64,000 nucleotides of DNA from Candidatus Anstonellales archaeon (GCA_038890745.1 JAWAFD010000001.1:156907-220906), one strand, 5' to 3'; counted from the first letter of the stretch, positions 10,177 to 21,100 are shown. The notes: generated from the sequence alone by a model not told the origin. Numbers and translations: made by a program.

Positions 10177-10584
10177 ATGGGAATACTTGATAGCATTTTT
10201 GGAAAGAAGCGCGAGGATACCGGTATAGAAGAGTACCTCGACATAAGCCTGGAAGAGGGAGACGTTGTTTCCCCGCCCCCAAAGTATTATATAAGGAGAG
10301 TGGATTTGAGGAACGAGGGAGACGCGGATTTGGCACTTAAGGAGATAAACGCAAACAACGTTATCATCCTTAATGTCAAGCCGCTTTCCAACCAGCCCAA
10401 CAGGCTTAAGAACATAATAGCAAAGCTGAAGGTGAACATCACTAAAATAGATGGAGATATCGCGCTTCTGACGCATGACTATGTCCTCCTAGCCCCTTCC
10501 AGGGTGAAGATTGTCAAGAGCAAGAAGAAAGCCGAGGAGGGCGGCGGAAGCCCGAGTCAGGGAGGAGAATCGGCTTTGGCATAG
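10177..10584 (+). CDS. sepF: cell division protein SepF
   Basis: N-terminal amphipathic MGILDSIFG; NVIILNV...DGDIA...LLAP. Confidence 0.85.
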   Translation: MGILDSIFGKKREDTGIEEYLDISLEEGDVVSPPPKYYIRRVDLRNEGDADLALKEINANNVIILNVKPLSNQPNRLKNIIAKLKVNITKIDGDIALLTHDYVLLAPSRVKIVKSKKKAEEGGGSPSQGGESALA

Positions 10585-10617
10585 CTATTTAATTCTTTAT
10601 TTTTCTTTATTTTTTGT

Positions 10618-11493
10618 ATGTCTGCAATAATCACATTTTTGGGCACTTCTGGAAGTATACCATCTGTAGAGAGGGGAATGCCCAGCTTTGCGCTTAATTG
10701 GCAGGGCGAAATTTTTCTCTTTGATGCCGGAGAAGGTTTTCAGAGACAGATGATGAGGCATCGGGTGGGGTACGGAAGCGTAAGCCATGTTTTCATAAGC
10801 CATCTCCATCTAGACCATTTTATAGGGTTGTATGGGTTCATAGAAACCCTCAGGCTTTCAGGTACGAAAAAACTTTTTGTGCACGCCCCGCGCGGTTTTG
10901 AGAAACTACTCATAAACAAATGGGATTTTCTTGAGGTTAAAGAAATAAAAGAAGGGGAAATTTTGAGAGGAAAGGATTACTCGATTTCTGCATTTAAGGT
11001 AAAGCATGGCGGGAGGGCATTTGGTTTTGTTTTTGAGGAGGATGATAGGATAAGGTTTGATGAGAAAAAAGCAAAATCCCTTGGTATAAGGGGAAAACTA
11101 TTTTCTGAAATAGAGAAAAAAAAGGAAATTGTTATAAACGGAAGAAAAATTCTGCTAAGCGAGGTTAGCTGGGTGAAGCCGGGCAGAAAGATTATATACA
11201 CTGGGGATACTTTAGAGGATGAAAGAATAGTTGAGCATGCAAAGGATGCGGATATTTTGATACATGAAGCAACTTTTCTTGAAGAGCATAAAGATGAAGC
11301 TGAGAAAAGAATGCATTCCACAGCGGCCCAAGCTGCGAAAACAGCATCTAAGGCAAATGTCAAAACCCTTGTTCTAACCCATATAAGCCCGCGGTACCAT
11401 CTTTCTGATGAGGAGAAATTCATAAAAGAAGCAAAAAAGTATTTTGATGGAAACGTAATGGTTGCGCGCGATGGAATGACGATTGAGGTTTAA
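10618..11493 (+). CDS. rnz: ribonuclease Z
   Basis: FLGTSGSIP, HLHLDH, HEAT, HST, HISPRY. Confidence 0.95.
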   Translation: MSAIITFLGTSGSIPSVERGMPSFALNWQGEIFLFDAGEGFQRQMMRHRVGYGSVSHVFISHLHLDHFIGLYGFIETLRLSGTKKLFVHAPRGFEKLLINKWDFLEVKEIKEGEILRGKDYSISAFKVKHGGRAFGFVFEEDDRIRFDEKKAKSLGIRGKLFSEIEKKKEIVINGRKILLSEVSWVKPGRKIIYTGDTLEDERIVEHAKDADILIHEATFLEEHKDEAEKRMHSTAAQAAKTASKANVKTLVLTHISPRYHLSDEEKFIKEAKKYFDGNVMVARDGMTIEV

Positions 11494-11517
11494 AAATATT
11501 TCTTCTCAAAACCTTCC

Positions 11518-12024
11518 ATGCCAGACCTTCTTACATTTTTACTCCTCATCCTTCCAGCTTATGTTGCGAATGCTGTTCCTGTTCTCCTCGGTGGCGGCAT
11601 GCCGATGGATTTTGGAAAAAATTTTTTTGATGGAAAAAGAATACTCGGGGATAACAAAACAATAAGAGGTTTTTTCGCAGGAATTTTTTCAGGCATAATA
11701 GCCGGCGGGGCGATAGCTTTTCTCCATCCTGTTCTTCCATTATTTCAGCATGTTCTCTCAGCCTTTTTCCTTTCATTCGGAACCATGTGTGGCGATGCTT
11801 TGGGAAGCTTCATAAAAAGAAGGATTGGTGCAAAACCCGGGGCGTATGCTATTTTTGATTCGTTCCTTTTTATTCTATTCGCACTGCTTTTTGCTTACCC
11901 ATTCCTTCCCTCACCCCTCTACTCCCCCCTTTCCATAGTTTTTGTTCTTATTCTCACATTTGCCCTTCACATCCTATCCAACTTTTTAGCGAATAAAATG
12001 GGATGGAAGAATGTGCCATGGTAA
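11518..12024 (+). CDS. carS: CDP-archaeol synthase
   Basis: PAYVANAVP, DGKRILGDNKTIRG, GDALGSFIKRR. Confidence 0.93.
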   Translation: MPDLLTFLLLILPAYVANAVPVLLGGGMPMDFGKNFFDGKRILGDNKTIRGFFAGIFSGIIAGGAIAFLHPVLPLFQHVLSAFFLSFGTMCGDALGSFIKRRIGAKPGAYAIFDSFLFILFALLFAYPFLPSPLYSPLSIVFVLILTFALHILSNFLANKMGWKNVPW

Positions 12025-12027
12025 AAT

Positions 12028-12807
12028 TTACTCTTCGTCCTCTTCGTATCTCAGCCCCTCTTTTCTCTCCACGTCTTCCTCAGGGTATCTACTCTCTATG
12101 AATATTCTTGGCACCCTTTTCTCAGCCATTCCTTCTTCCCCTCCTTCCTCCCTCCTTTTTCCGAGCATAGAGGTTGTGGTTGAGAGAATGGCAAGAAGAA
12201 ACAAACCAACTATGAAAGCCAAAAAAGTTGGAAAATCTATTTTTATTTCTCTTGATATCTCATAAGATGGGGTTAGGATCTCCCTTGTTTTCTCCCCGCT
12301 TTCAGCCGGAAACTGACTTCTTCTTTCTATTATAACAGTTGGCTCTTTTTTCTCTTCAATAATTACTTTTTTTTCAGTTTCATTTTTCTCAGTGATTATG
12401 TAATATGTGGTAAAAACCCTGGGTTTTTCTATGCTCAAATTATCGCCGACAATGATAAGCCTTTTCTTCTCCCATGGTTTAAAGGATGCGTTCCATGCAA
12501 TTACCGAGCCGTTTGTGTATACTGGCTCACTTATGTTTTTTATTTCGCCCGAGTAATCCAAAACAATCGTAACATTTTTGCTCTCGTTTCCGGTGCTCTC
12601 AGCACTGATCTCATACCCAGGTTTTGCATTCGGGATGGATATTATTTTTTTTGCAAAAATAAACTCCCCTTTTTCTGTTATGTAAACCTCACCGCTTTCT
12701 ATGTTTATCTTGAATCCACCGGATGCGAGGTAGCTTGGGGCAAAAAGACAGATTGCGAGAATTGCAAGCAGAAACACTGCCTCGATGAGCTCCTTCCTCG
12801 CGCCCAT
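12028..12807 (-). CDS. hypothetical membrane protein
   Basis: N- and C-terminal hydrophobic helices. Confidence 0.6.
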   Translation of the reverse strand: MGARKELIEAVFLLAILAICLFAPSYLASGGFKINIESGEVYITEKGEFIFAKKIISIPNAKPGYEISAESTGNESKNVTIVLDYSGEIKNISEPVYTNGSVIAWNASFKPWEKKRLIIVGDNLSIEKPRVFTTYYIITEKNETEKKVIIEEKKEPTVIIERRSQFPAESGEKTREILTPSYEISREIKIDFPTFLAFIVGLFLLAILSTTTSMLGKRREEGGEEGMAEKRVPRIFIESRYPEEDVERKEGLRYEEDEE

Positions 12808-12858
12808 GGATCTATTTCGTGCTTTTATATTTAAAATGTTATTCTTTCATTAAAGAGC

Positions 12859-13893
12859 ATGGTTCCGCAGAAAAAGGTTGCAAAAGAACAGGGATATTTC
12901 AGGCTCAAGGATGATTATGGCGAATATCCTGCCGGCACTGTTTTCATAAACAACAGGATAATCTATGGCTACCCTCACATAAAAAGAATATTCACTTTGG
13001 AGAACGGAATTAAAAAGAACATAGGAGAAGATGAGTTTTTTGTTGAGGAGAAAATAGATGGCTACAATGTACGCGTTGCGTATGTTGATGGAAAGGTTGT
13101 TGCGTTTACAAGGTCTGGAAAGGTTGAGCCTTTCGCCTCTGAAAAACTCGCCGGCCTAAAAAATTTTTTTGAAGAGAACCCTCAGCTCGTTGTATGCGGG
13201 GAGATGTTGGGCAACACGCCCTTCACCCCGCCTACCGATGAATTTGATTTTAAATTCTATGTTTTTGATTTCATGAATAAAAAAACCATCCTCCCGCTTA
13301 ATGAGAAACAAAAAATAATAAAAAAATACAAATTTCTTTCTGTTCCATTTCTCGGAAAATTCAGAAAAAGTGAAGAGCCGTGGAAAAAACTAAGGGAGAT
13401 TGCAACATTTCTGAACAAGGGAAAAAGGGAAGGAATGATAATGAAAGGTATCTCATGCAAGAGCGCTGTGAAATACGTTACACCGAATTCTGATATAGAA
13501 GACATAATGCAGAATGCTAGGTTTATTTTTGATATGCCGGTTGGTTTTTTTAATCAGCGTGTTTTTAGGAGTTCGCTCTTTCTTGAAGAGTCTGGTATGA
13601 GTGTTGAGGAGTATGAAAAAAAACTTGGAGAGGCATTCTACTCCTCTCTGCTTGATGGAATAAAGCAGTTCAAGAAAGAAGGGGCTGTAAAAGAGGAGTT
13701 TAGGATTTTTGTAAACAACGAAGAAACCTGGAATGCGATTTATTCAATGCTTAAGAGGAGCCGGGAGATAGAAATTGCAGATGTTTATAAATGGAGGCAT
13801 GGGGATAGGATAGGGGTACGCTTTTCAAAAATATACAGAAAAACAACACAGAAATTTAAGAAATTTCTCTCAGGACATGCGATAGAGGACTAG
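12859..13893 (+). CDS. ATP-dependent RNA ligase, archaeal Rnl3 family
   Basis: GYPHIKR, motif I EKIDGYN, GE, FD, EG, VKY. Confidence 0.9.
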   Translation: MVPQKKVAKEQGYFRLKDDYGEYPAGTVFINNRIIYGYPHIKRIFTLENGIKKNIGEDEFFVEEKIDGYNVRVAYVDGKVVAFTRSGKVEPFASEKLAGLKNFFEENPQLVVCGEMLGNTPFTPPTDEFDFKFYVFDFMNKKTILPLNEKQKIIKKYKFLSVPFLGKFRKSEEPWKKLREIATFLNKGKREGMIMKGISCKSAVKYVTPNSDIEDIMQNARFIFDMPVGFFNQRVFRSSLFLEESGMSVEEYEKKLGEAFYSSLLDGIKQFKKEGAVKEEFRIFVNNEETWNAIYSMLKRSREIEIADVYKWRHGDRIGVRFSKIYRKTTQKFKKFLSGHAIED

Positions 13894-14444
13894 CCTTTCT
13901 TTTTTAGTAGTTTTTCAAATTTTTCCCCTTCCAAATACTCACACCCAAGAGAGTTTGCAAGGGCAATTATTCCCTCATCGCTCGTAACAACAGTCCCATC
14001 CAGCTCTCTTGCAAGCAGAATAAGCTCGAAGTCCTCCTTACTATCCACTATCCCTGCGCGCATGGCCTCCCTATACTTTTCTCTCAGCGCCCTTAGCTTC
14101 ACATCATTATCAGGCCTATTGTCTATGGCAAACTGCTCAGCAATCCTCAGCCCTTTATTCACCCGCCGCCTAACATCATCTATGAATGCGTAAAAAACAG
14201 CAGCGGGGAGGTAGGTTGCATATATGTTTGGCGCTCTTTTTTTCACATACTCGGAGAGTTTTTCAGTTTTTGTTGAAAAATGACTTAACTCAGAGAAAAC
14301 AGAGGGAGGCATGTAGAATTCCATTCCCTTCTTTTTTTTCGCGAGCTTTATAAAATTCTCTATCGCATCATCCACGCTTCCACCAAAACCTTCCCGAGCC
14401 TTTGGGTTTACAAAAACGCTTGTGTCAAGGATGAATTTTTTCAT
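13890..14444 (-). CDS. HARP, protein-only RNase P (PIN domain; 'RNA ligase partner')
   Basis: FILDTSVF, RVNKGLRIAE, LREKYREAMRAGIVDSKED, TSDEG; true start MKKF at 14444. Confidence 0.9.
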   Translation of the reverse strand: MKKFILDTSVFVNPKAREGFGGSVDDAIENFIKLAKKKKGMEFYMPPSVFSELSHFSTKTEKLSEYVKKRAPNIYATYLPAAVFYAFIDDVRRRVNKGLRIAEQFAIDNRPDNDVKLRALREKYREAMRAGIVDSKEDFELILLARELDGTVVTSDEGIIALANSLGCEYLEGEKFEKLLKKKG

Positions 14445-14507
14445 TTTATCCCCATTTGATCTCTCTAATAAGAAATAAAAACCTATTCCAATAAAGAAAT
14501 CGATCGT

Positions 14508-17204
14508 ATGTACAGCTTCGCTAGTGTTGAAAAAAGATGGTGTGATGAGTGGGAAAAGGAAAAGGTTTTTGAAGCGAATGTAAGCAAAAAAGAAAAAAAA
14601 TTCATAACCGCTGCATTCCCCTACCCAAACAGCCCGCAGCACATAGGACATGCAAGGACGTACACAACTACAGATATATATGCCAGATACCTCCGTCTTC
14701 TCGGGTTTAATGTTCTTTTTCCTATGGGTTTCCACGTAACCGGCACGCCCATTCTTGCGATGGCAGAAAGGATAAAGGAAGGGGATAGGGAAATATTGGA
14801 GATATTTGAAAAGATATATGGTATCCCTCCAGAAAAAGCAAAATCCCTCACAAAACCAGAAGACCTTGTGATGTATTTCAGTAAGGAAATAGAGACAGGG
14901 ATGCGCGAGATGGGGTTCAGCATAGATTGGAGAAGAAAATTCTACACATTTGATAAGCATTTCAACAAATTTATAGAATGGCAGTTCCGCAAACTAAAAG
15001 AGCGCGGTTTGCTTATGAAAGGTGAGCATCCTGTCCCTTGGAGCGAGAAACTTAACAGCGCGGTTGGCGCGCACGATACAAAAGGAGACATAGACCCGGA
15101 GCTTGAGGAGGTTGTTGGGATAAAGTTCAGGTTTGAGGATGGGTTCATGGTTGTTGCGACATACAGACCAGAAACCCTGTATGGTGTTACAAACCTTTGG
15201 ATAAATCCGAATGCAGCGTATGTCAAGGTAAGAACTGATGATGAGTTTTGGTATATTGCAAAGGATGCGTACGAGTCTTTGAAACATCAAAAGGCTATGG
15301 AGATTGTTGAGGAAAAACAAAGTGAATACTTTATCAAAAAAACATGCGTTTCCCCGCTTGGGGATGAGGTGCCCATCTATCCTGCAACATTTGTAGACCC
15401 TGCTGAGGGAACAGGAGCGGTTATGAGTGTTCCTGCCCATGCGCCATTGGACTATTTGGCCATGCGGGATTTGGGTATAGAAGAGCTTAAGCAGGTGATA
15501 GAGGTAAAAGGTTTTGGAAAGTATCCCGCGAAGGAAGTTGTGGAGAAGCTTGGGGTTAAAAACCAAAACGACCCAAAGGCAGAGGAAGCAACGAAAATAG
15601 TTTATAAAGCAGAGGCGCATGAGGGGAGGATGGTGGTCTCGCCGTATGCAGGCATGCTTGCCATAGAAGCAAAGGAAAGGATAAAGGAGGATTTGATTAA
15701 TGAGGGAAATGCATTTACTTTCTGGCACATTGCGAACGGTCCTATTTTCAGCAGGGCAGGGGATAGGGTTTTTGTAAAAATTGTTAAGGACCAGTGGTTC
15801 ATAAATTACGGAGATCCGGAATGGAAAGAAAAGGCAAAGGAATGGATGAATAGGATGAGTGTTATCCCCGAGGATGAAAGAAAAGACATGCTTACGGCCA
15901 TAGATTGGTTCAAGCAGAAGGCATGTACGAGGGCAAGGGGGCTCGGGACAGAATTCCCTTTTGAAAAGGGACAGATGATAGAAGCGCTGAGCGATTCAAC
16001 CCTCTACATGATGTTCTACACAATTTCTCATAGAATAAAAGACATTCCTAGTGAAGAGCTTACAGAAGAGTTTTTCGATACATTGTTTTTTGGAAAAGGG
16101 AAAAACAAAAAGGCGCTTGAATTGAGGGAGGAGTTTGAATACTGGTACCCTCTTGACTCCCGGCACAGCGCAACAGACTTGATAAAAAATCATCTTCCTT
16201 TTTTTGTTCTCAATCATGTTGCCGTTCTTCCGGAAAGGTACTGGCCTAAGCAGATTGTTGTGAATGGTTTTGTGCTTATGGAAGGAAAGAAGATGAGTAA
16301 GAGCATGGGGAACATTCTTCCGCTGAGAAGGGCGGTTAAGGAATACGGAGCGGATGTTATAAGACTCTCTGTTGTCAGCGGTGCTGAGCTCCTTCAGGAT
16401 ACTGATTTCAACAAAACGGTTGCAGAAGGGATTAAATCCAGACTCTCATTTTTCTTCGAACTTCTAAGATACGCAAAATCATCAGATAGGAGCAGGGCCG
16501 GGAGATGGCTTCTATCAAGGATGCACAGAAAACTAAAGAATGCGAGATCGTTGTATGAAAAATTTGAACTCAGGGAGCTTGCTTTGGACTGGTTCTATGA
16601 GATGCACAAGGAGATCCTCTGGTATCTGAAGCGCTCATCCTCTCCAGGTTTGAAGGAATTTTTTGAGGTCTGGCCCATCGTTGTTTCCCCATTCATCCCA
16701 TTTTTTTCAGAAGAGGTTTGGCATCAGCTTGGTAAAAAAACCTTCGTGAGCTTAGAGAGGTTCCCGTCCGCAGATGAGGGGATGATAGATGATGGGCTGG
16801 AAAAGGCAGAGGAGGTTATTGTTTCTGTGCGCGATGACATTGAGAATATTTCTAAAATAATAGGAAAGAGACCGGCAAGGATTTATGTTTATGTTGCGAG
16901 TGAAAACAAAAGAAAAGCGTATGAAATTTTAAGGGAAAAGAAAAACATAGGAGAGTTTATGAAAAGCGCGAAAGGGATGATGCCTCCTGATGTGCTCCAG
17001 CAGATGGCCAAGGCTCTGATGAAAAAGGTTCATTCCCTCCCTCCTTCAATTCCGTTCGATTTGGAATTTGAGCACATTAAGGATGCGCGAGAGTTTCTCT
17101 CAAAAGAGTTTGGGGCAGAGGTCTTTGTTCTGAGTGAGGAAGAAGGGAGGCATGAGAAAGCAAGACAAGCGCTTCCGCTCAAGCCTGCGATAGTGATAGA
17201 ATGA
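14508..17204 (+). CDS. leuS: leucine--tRNA ligase (archaeal type)
   Basis: FPYPN..HIGH, GTGAVMSVPAHAP, KMSKS. Confidence 0.96.
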   Translation: MYSFASVEKRWCDEWEKEKVFEANVSKKEKKFITAAFPYPNSPQHIGHARTYTTTDIYARYLRLLGFNVLFPMGFHVTGTPILAMAERIKEGDREILEIFEKIYGIPPEKAKSLTKPEDLVMYFSKEIETGMREMGFSIDWRRKFYTFDKHFNKFIEWQFRKLKERGLLMKGEHPVPWSEKLNSAVGAHDTKGDIDPELEEVVGIKFRFEDGFMVVATYRPETLYGVTNLWINPNAAYVKVRTDDEFWYIAKDAYESLKHQKAMEIVEEKQSEYFIKKTCVSPLGDEVPIYPATFVDPAEGTGAVMSVPAHAPLDYLAMRDLGIEELKQVIEVKGFGKYPAKEVVEKLGVKNQNDPKAEEATKIVYKAEAHEGRMVVSPYAGMLAIEAKERIKEDLINEGNAFTFWHIANGPIFSRAGDRVFVKIVKDQWFINYGDPEWKEKAKEWMNRMSVIPEDERKDMLTAIDWFKQKACTRARGLGTEFPFEKGQMIEALSDSTLYMMFYTISHRIKDIPSEELTEEFFDTLFFGKGKNKKALELREEFEYWYPLDSRHSATDLIKNHLPFFVLNHVAVLPERYWPKQIVVNGFVLMEGKKMSKSMGNILPLRRAVKEYGADVIRLSVVSGAELLQDTDFNKTVAEGIKSRLSFFFELLRYAKSSDRSRAGRWLLSRMHRKLKNARSLYEKFELRELALDWFYEMHKEILWYLKRSSSPGLKEFFEVWPIVVSPFIPFFSEEVWHQLGKKTFVSLERFPSADEGMIDDGLEKAEEVIVSVRDDIENISKIIGKRPARIYVYVASENKRKAYEILREKKNIGEFMKSAKGMMPPDVLQQMAKALMKKVHSLPPSIPFDLEFEHIKDAREFLSKEFGAEVFVLSEEEGRHEKARQALPLKPAIVIE

Positions 17205-18211
17205 TTGGAATAAAAGTAAAAAAAGAAAAGGCAGAGAAGATAAGGAAAAAGCTTATTGCTGAAGATGCGCTTTCTAAAGAGTTTGTTCCGTTTTCAACTG
17301 GTGATTGTGTTTTCTTTCCATTAAAAAAAGAAATCAAAATCAAAGGTGCTGAGATTGTGGATGCGAATTTCAAAAAATCCATCCGCAAGCCCCGTTCCCT
17401 TGAAGAGGCTTTGGAAAATATGGGGATATATGCAAAGGGTATTCTTTCATCCTTTGATATAATAGGTGATATTGCGATTGTTGAGATTCCGGAAGCTCTG
17501 GAAGACAAGGAGAAGGAAATCGGAAAGGCGATAATGGATGTACACCCCAATGTTAAAACCGTTCTGAAAAAAGCAGGGCCGATGGCTGGTGAGTTTAGGG
17601 TAAGGGAGTTTGGTTTTGTCTGCGGAAAAAGAACGACAAAAACAACATACAAAGAGAACAATGTGAAAATGAATATGGATGTTGCACGCGTATATTTTTC
17701 TCCTAGATTGAGCTATGAAAGGATGAGGGTTGCGAGGAAAGTAAAGAATGGAGAAAAGGTTCTTGCCCTTTTTGCGGGCATAGGGCCATTCCCACTTGTT
17801 ATAAAAAAACACAAGCCAAAAACAAAGATAGTTGCAGTAGAGATAAACCCCGAGGCAGTAAAATACATGCGCGAAAATATGAAATTGAACAAATTAGATT
17901 TTGAGGTGATTGAAGGGGATGTTGCAGAGGTGCTTAAGGAAAAAAGGTTTCAGGGATGGGCAGACCGAATTCTTATGCCCCTCCCACGAGGTGGGGAACA
18001 TTTTTTAAAAAATGTTTTTGATGCTGCAAAAAACGGAACGATAGTTCACTTTTACACATTTGCCTCCCTCCCCTTTCCGCTTGAGGATGCAGAAGAAAAA
18101 GTTAAGCGCTATCTTCCTGCAGAAAGTTATAAAATAATAGAAAAAAGAATCGTCAGACCTTTTGCACCGAGAATTGTGCAGGTTGTTCTGGATATGAAAA
18201 TTATAAAATAA
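17201..18211 (+). CDS. tRNA G37 methyltransferase Trm5 / Taw2 family
   Basis: SFDIIGDIAI, YFSPRLSYER, FAGIGPF. Confidence 0.88.
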   Translation: MIGIKVKKEKAEKIRKKLIAEDALSKEFVPFSTGDCVFFPLKKEIKIKGAEIVDANFKKSIRKPRSLEEALENMGIYAKGILSSFDIIGDIAIVEIPEALEDKEKEIGKAIMDVHPNVKTVLKKAGPMAGEFRVREFGFVCGKRTTKTTYKENNVKMNMDVARVYFSPRLSYERMRVARKVKNGEKVLALFAGIGPFPLVIKKHKPKTKIVAVEINPEAVKYMRENMKLNKLDFEVIEGDVAEVLKEKRFQGWADRILMPLPRGGEHFLKNVFDAAKNGTIVHFYTFASLPFPLEDAEEKVKRYLPAESYKIIEKRIVRPFAPRIVQVVLDMKIIK

Positions 18212-19049
18212 AATAATTTAGCAGCAGAGCAACCCCATACGCCACCGCGATCCCTAATGTAATCGGTGGAATTGCTGGAATAGTTTTTTTCTGTGCGTGG
18301 AGAAAGAATATCATAATCCAGAAGCCCAGGACTGCGCCTACGAATCCAGTAAGCATCGCCCCCATCCCGATTTTGTACGCAGCAACCTCAACCATTATTG
18401 GGGCAAGAAAATCTCCTGTTCCTATATCTATTCTTTCCTTTTTCGGCTTTCCTTCTACTATTACTGTTCTTTCCTGCGAAACAGTGAATGCAACATCCTT
18501 TTTTATTATCTCCTCAGCCATCGTAACCATGTGCTTTGTTCTGAAAACAGCGATATAATCATAGATTGTAAGCAAAACAAGAAATAGAAATGCGGCCCCT
18601 AGGGAAAGGGAAAACCCGAAAACAGCTCCTGCGCCGGCTGTTGCAACAACCGCAACAAGATTCTTCCATTTTCTCGTAATCAACCTTACAGCAGCGACAA
18701 AAAGCCCAAAAATGATAGAACTTATCATCGCGACCTCAACCTGCAAAAAGGGCCTGATAAATGCGTATATCACAACAGAGGTTGCCATGGAAACAATTCC
18801 AAACTCTATAATCCTGAGCAGCAATTCTTTGATCTGAAATTTTACGAATTTTATGATGATTAGCATCATAGCTGCACCTATGAGGATGTAGAGCATAATT
18901 TGAAAAGATGCAAGCGGAGAGGCTCCATCCTCAACAATTTTCATCTCTCTTATAATCTCATTTGTTTTCGCATCCTCAGTAATGAACGCTCCAACATACA
19001 TTCCTAAAATCTGAGCAAGAACGAAAAGAAGAAAAATTCTTTTTATCAA
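18201..19049 (-). CDS. presenilin/SPP-like intramembrane aspartyl protease
   Basis: Multi-TM; YD, GTGD and PA(I)P motifs. Confidence 0.88.
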   Translation of the reverse strand: MIKRIFLLFVLAQILGMYVGAFITEDAKTNEIIREMKIVEDGASPLASFQIMLYILIGAAMMLIIIKFVKFQIKELLLRIIEFGIVSMATSVVIYAFIRPFLQVEVAMISSIIFGLFVAAVRLITRKWKNLVAVVATAGAGAVFGFSLSLGAAFLFLVLLTIYDYIAVFRTKHMVTMAEEIIKKDVAFTVSQERTVIVEGKPKKERIDIGTGDFLAPIMVEVAAYKIGMGAMLTGFVGAVLGFWIMIFFLHAQKKTIPAIPPITLGIAVAYGVALLLNYFIL

Positions 19050-19051
19050 AA

Positions 19052-21100
19052 CTATCCCCTTTCTGAAAGCCTTATATACCCTTGGCCTGGGGAGTAGATT
19101 ACGCCCTTTCTGAGCAACTCCTCTATTATCCTCTCAACTTCATATTTCTCTATTTTATATTTCTTTGCTTCTTCATAAACCCACTCAGTCTCCACATTAT
19201 CAAATTTTGAATTCAGGTGTCTTATTATATCCATCACAGTCATTGCTTTTTCTCTTTCCGATTGGCTCTTGCCCGTGCTTATTATGTCAACATCTAATTT
19301 TCCAGTTTCTTTATCTGTCATGGTTTGCTCCATCATGTATCTCATAAGATTTATCGCTGCTTCCGCATCCTTCTTTTCAACATTGCTGCTTAGTCTCATC
19401 TTTGCGTTTGCCTCTGCAAGCCTTACTAGTCCTTCTAGATACCTGGGTGTTATCGCTACGCTCCCGCTTTTTTGACCCATCCTCCTAAGTTCAACATAAA
19501 ATTCCTTTATTAGGTCTACTGCTTCCTGTGTAAGCTTTGGCCTTATGTTTCTCCTTGCATACGCAATGTACTTTCTCAGAAGTTCTGTATCTATTGGGGG
19601 TTTTGGCATTTCTTCAACATGCATGGATCCCATGTGCAGTTTTAGAATGTGGCTGGCAAGCTTCTCGTCTTCTTTTGTATCCAGGACGTCTTTTATGGGA
19701 AAAATCAGGTCAAACCTTGAAAGTAGTGATGGCGGCACATCAAACTGCTCAGGTATGTTTTTTGCCTGCTGGAACCTTCCGAACCTTGGGTTTGCTGCTG
19801 CGATTATTGCTGTTTTTGCTTTGAACCTCGCAACTATTCCCGCCTTTGCTATGCTTACCGTTTGGCTTTCCATAACCTCGTGCAGCGCTGCCCTATCATC
19901 CTCATTTATTTTGTCGAATTCATCTATCGCTGCTAACCCACCGCTCGCAAGGACAAGTGCCCCTGCCTTTAGCGTCCATCCACCTTCCCCCAACTCATCC
20001 TTTTCTGCTGACGCCGTAAGCCCGACACCGCTTACGCTCTTTCCGCTTACGTATATACTTTTCGGCGCTATCTTATCTACCTGAAGCAGGAATCTTGTTT
20101 TTGCAATTCCCGGATCACCTACTAATAGAATGTGGATATCATCCCTTATGGATGCGCCGCTTTGCGTAACCTTATCCTTCGTACCCCCAAAAAGCTGGAG
20201 GGCAATTCCTTTCTTGATTTCAGTATGCCCATAGATATCAGGAGCGATTGAGGCAACTATTCTTTCCTCAATATCCGGCATGCTGGCGAGTTCAAGTATC
20301 TTTTTTTCATCCTCCTTACTTATCTCCACTTCCTCAAAATCCCTCTTCATTCTCTTTATATGAACCGTATCTAAATACCTTGAAAAAATTAGCTCTCTTT
20401 TTCCGGTTGTTTTGAGCGGCGGCATCAATCGAAGTATTCCAGTTATTTCTACATTCTCTCCAGGAACAATAGAATTTACAAGGTCATCTTCCATTACAAT
20501 ATGAAGCTTTGCAGCCGGTGTTCCTCCCCTCACCCTTTCAAGCAAATCCTGTATTTCTGCTCTCTGCAGATCTACAAATTTACTCTCCTCTATTATTTGA
20601 ACGAGGTTTCCTTTTTTGCAAATCGGACATTTTGTCGGAGGAGCAAACTCCCGCGTAACATGAAATCTAATGATCTCATCGCATGCCTGGCATTTGTAAA
20701 CAGCAACACTTACCCTATGCATCACCTCTGCCCTTCTCGTAATAATTCCCTTGAATGTAATAAGTTTGTTTATCATTTTCGAATCTATCTGCTCTATGAG
20801 CATGTCGCTTCCCGGAAGATTGTAAAACCTTACATGCGGGGCGAACTTCATTTCTGTTGGCAGGGCGAACTCCATTTCTTGTATCTTCTCCTCGGCTGCT
20901 TTTATTACACTGTCCGGCTCATTTATGAGGAGGTCTGCTAAGGATGGGTCGTATTTTTCAACATCCCTGTAATCTATCTCCAAGCTCCGCTTTCTAGGAT
21001 AATCCGAGAGTAGTTGGTTTATCTGATCTTTATATTTTTTTATAGAATACAGCTCTTCGAACGCATTCTTTATGTTTGTAAGGTCTATCTCCTCCACCAT
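19052..21100 (-). CDS. mcm: MCM replicative helicase
   Basis: Zn finger, GDPGIAKT, IDEFDK, LLSRFD. Confidence 0.96.
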   Translation of the reverse strand: MVEEIDLTNIKNAFEELYSIKKYKDQINQLLSDYPRKRSLEIDYRDVEKYDPSLADLLINEPDSVIKAAEEKIQEMEFALPTEMKFAPHVRFYNLPGSDMLIEQIDSKMINKLITFKGIITRRAEVMHRVSVAVYKCQACDEIIRFHVTREFAPPTKCPICKKGNLVQIIEESKFVDLQRAEIQDLLERVRGGTPAAKLHIVMEDDLVNSIVPGENVEITGILRLMPPLKTTGKRELIFSRYLDTVHIKRMKRDFEEVEISKEDEKKILELASMPDIEERIVASIAPDIYGHTEIKKGIALQLFGGTKDKVTQSGASIRDDIHILLVGDPGIAKTRFLLQVDKIAPKSIYVSGKSVSGVGLTASAEKDELGEGGWTLKAGALVLASGGLAAIDEFDKINEDDRAALHEVMESQTVSIAKAGIVARFKAKTAIIAAANPRFGRFQQAKNIPEQFDVPPSLLSRFDLIFPIKDVLDTKEDEKLASHILKLHMGSMHVEEMPKPPIDTELLRKYIAYARRNIRPKLTQEAVDLIKEFYVELRRMGQKSGSVAITPRYLEGLVRLAEANAKMRLSSNVEKKDAEAAINLMRYMMEQTMTDKETGKLDVDIISTGKSQSEREKAMTVMDIIRHLNSKFDNVETEWVYEEAKKYKIEKYEVERIIEELLRKGVIYSPGQGYIRLSERG

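Noticed and set aside
14445..14960. N-terminal extension of the HARP ORF (356-aa call)
   Set aside because: It is antisense to leuS; the PIN domain begins at MKKF (14444).
19052..21100. Inteins in MCM or Cdc6
   Set aside because: Protein lengths are normal and no intein splice motifs were seen.
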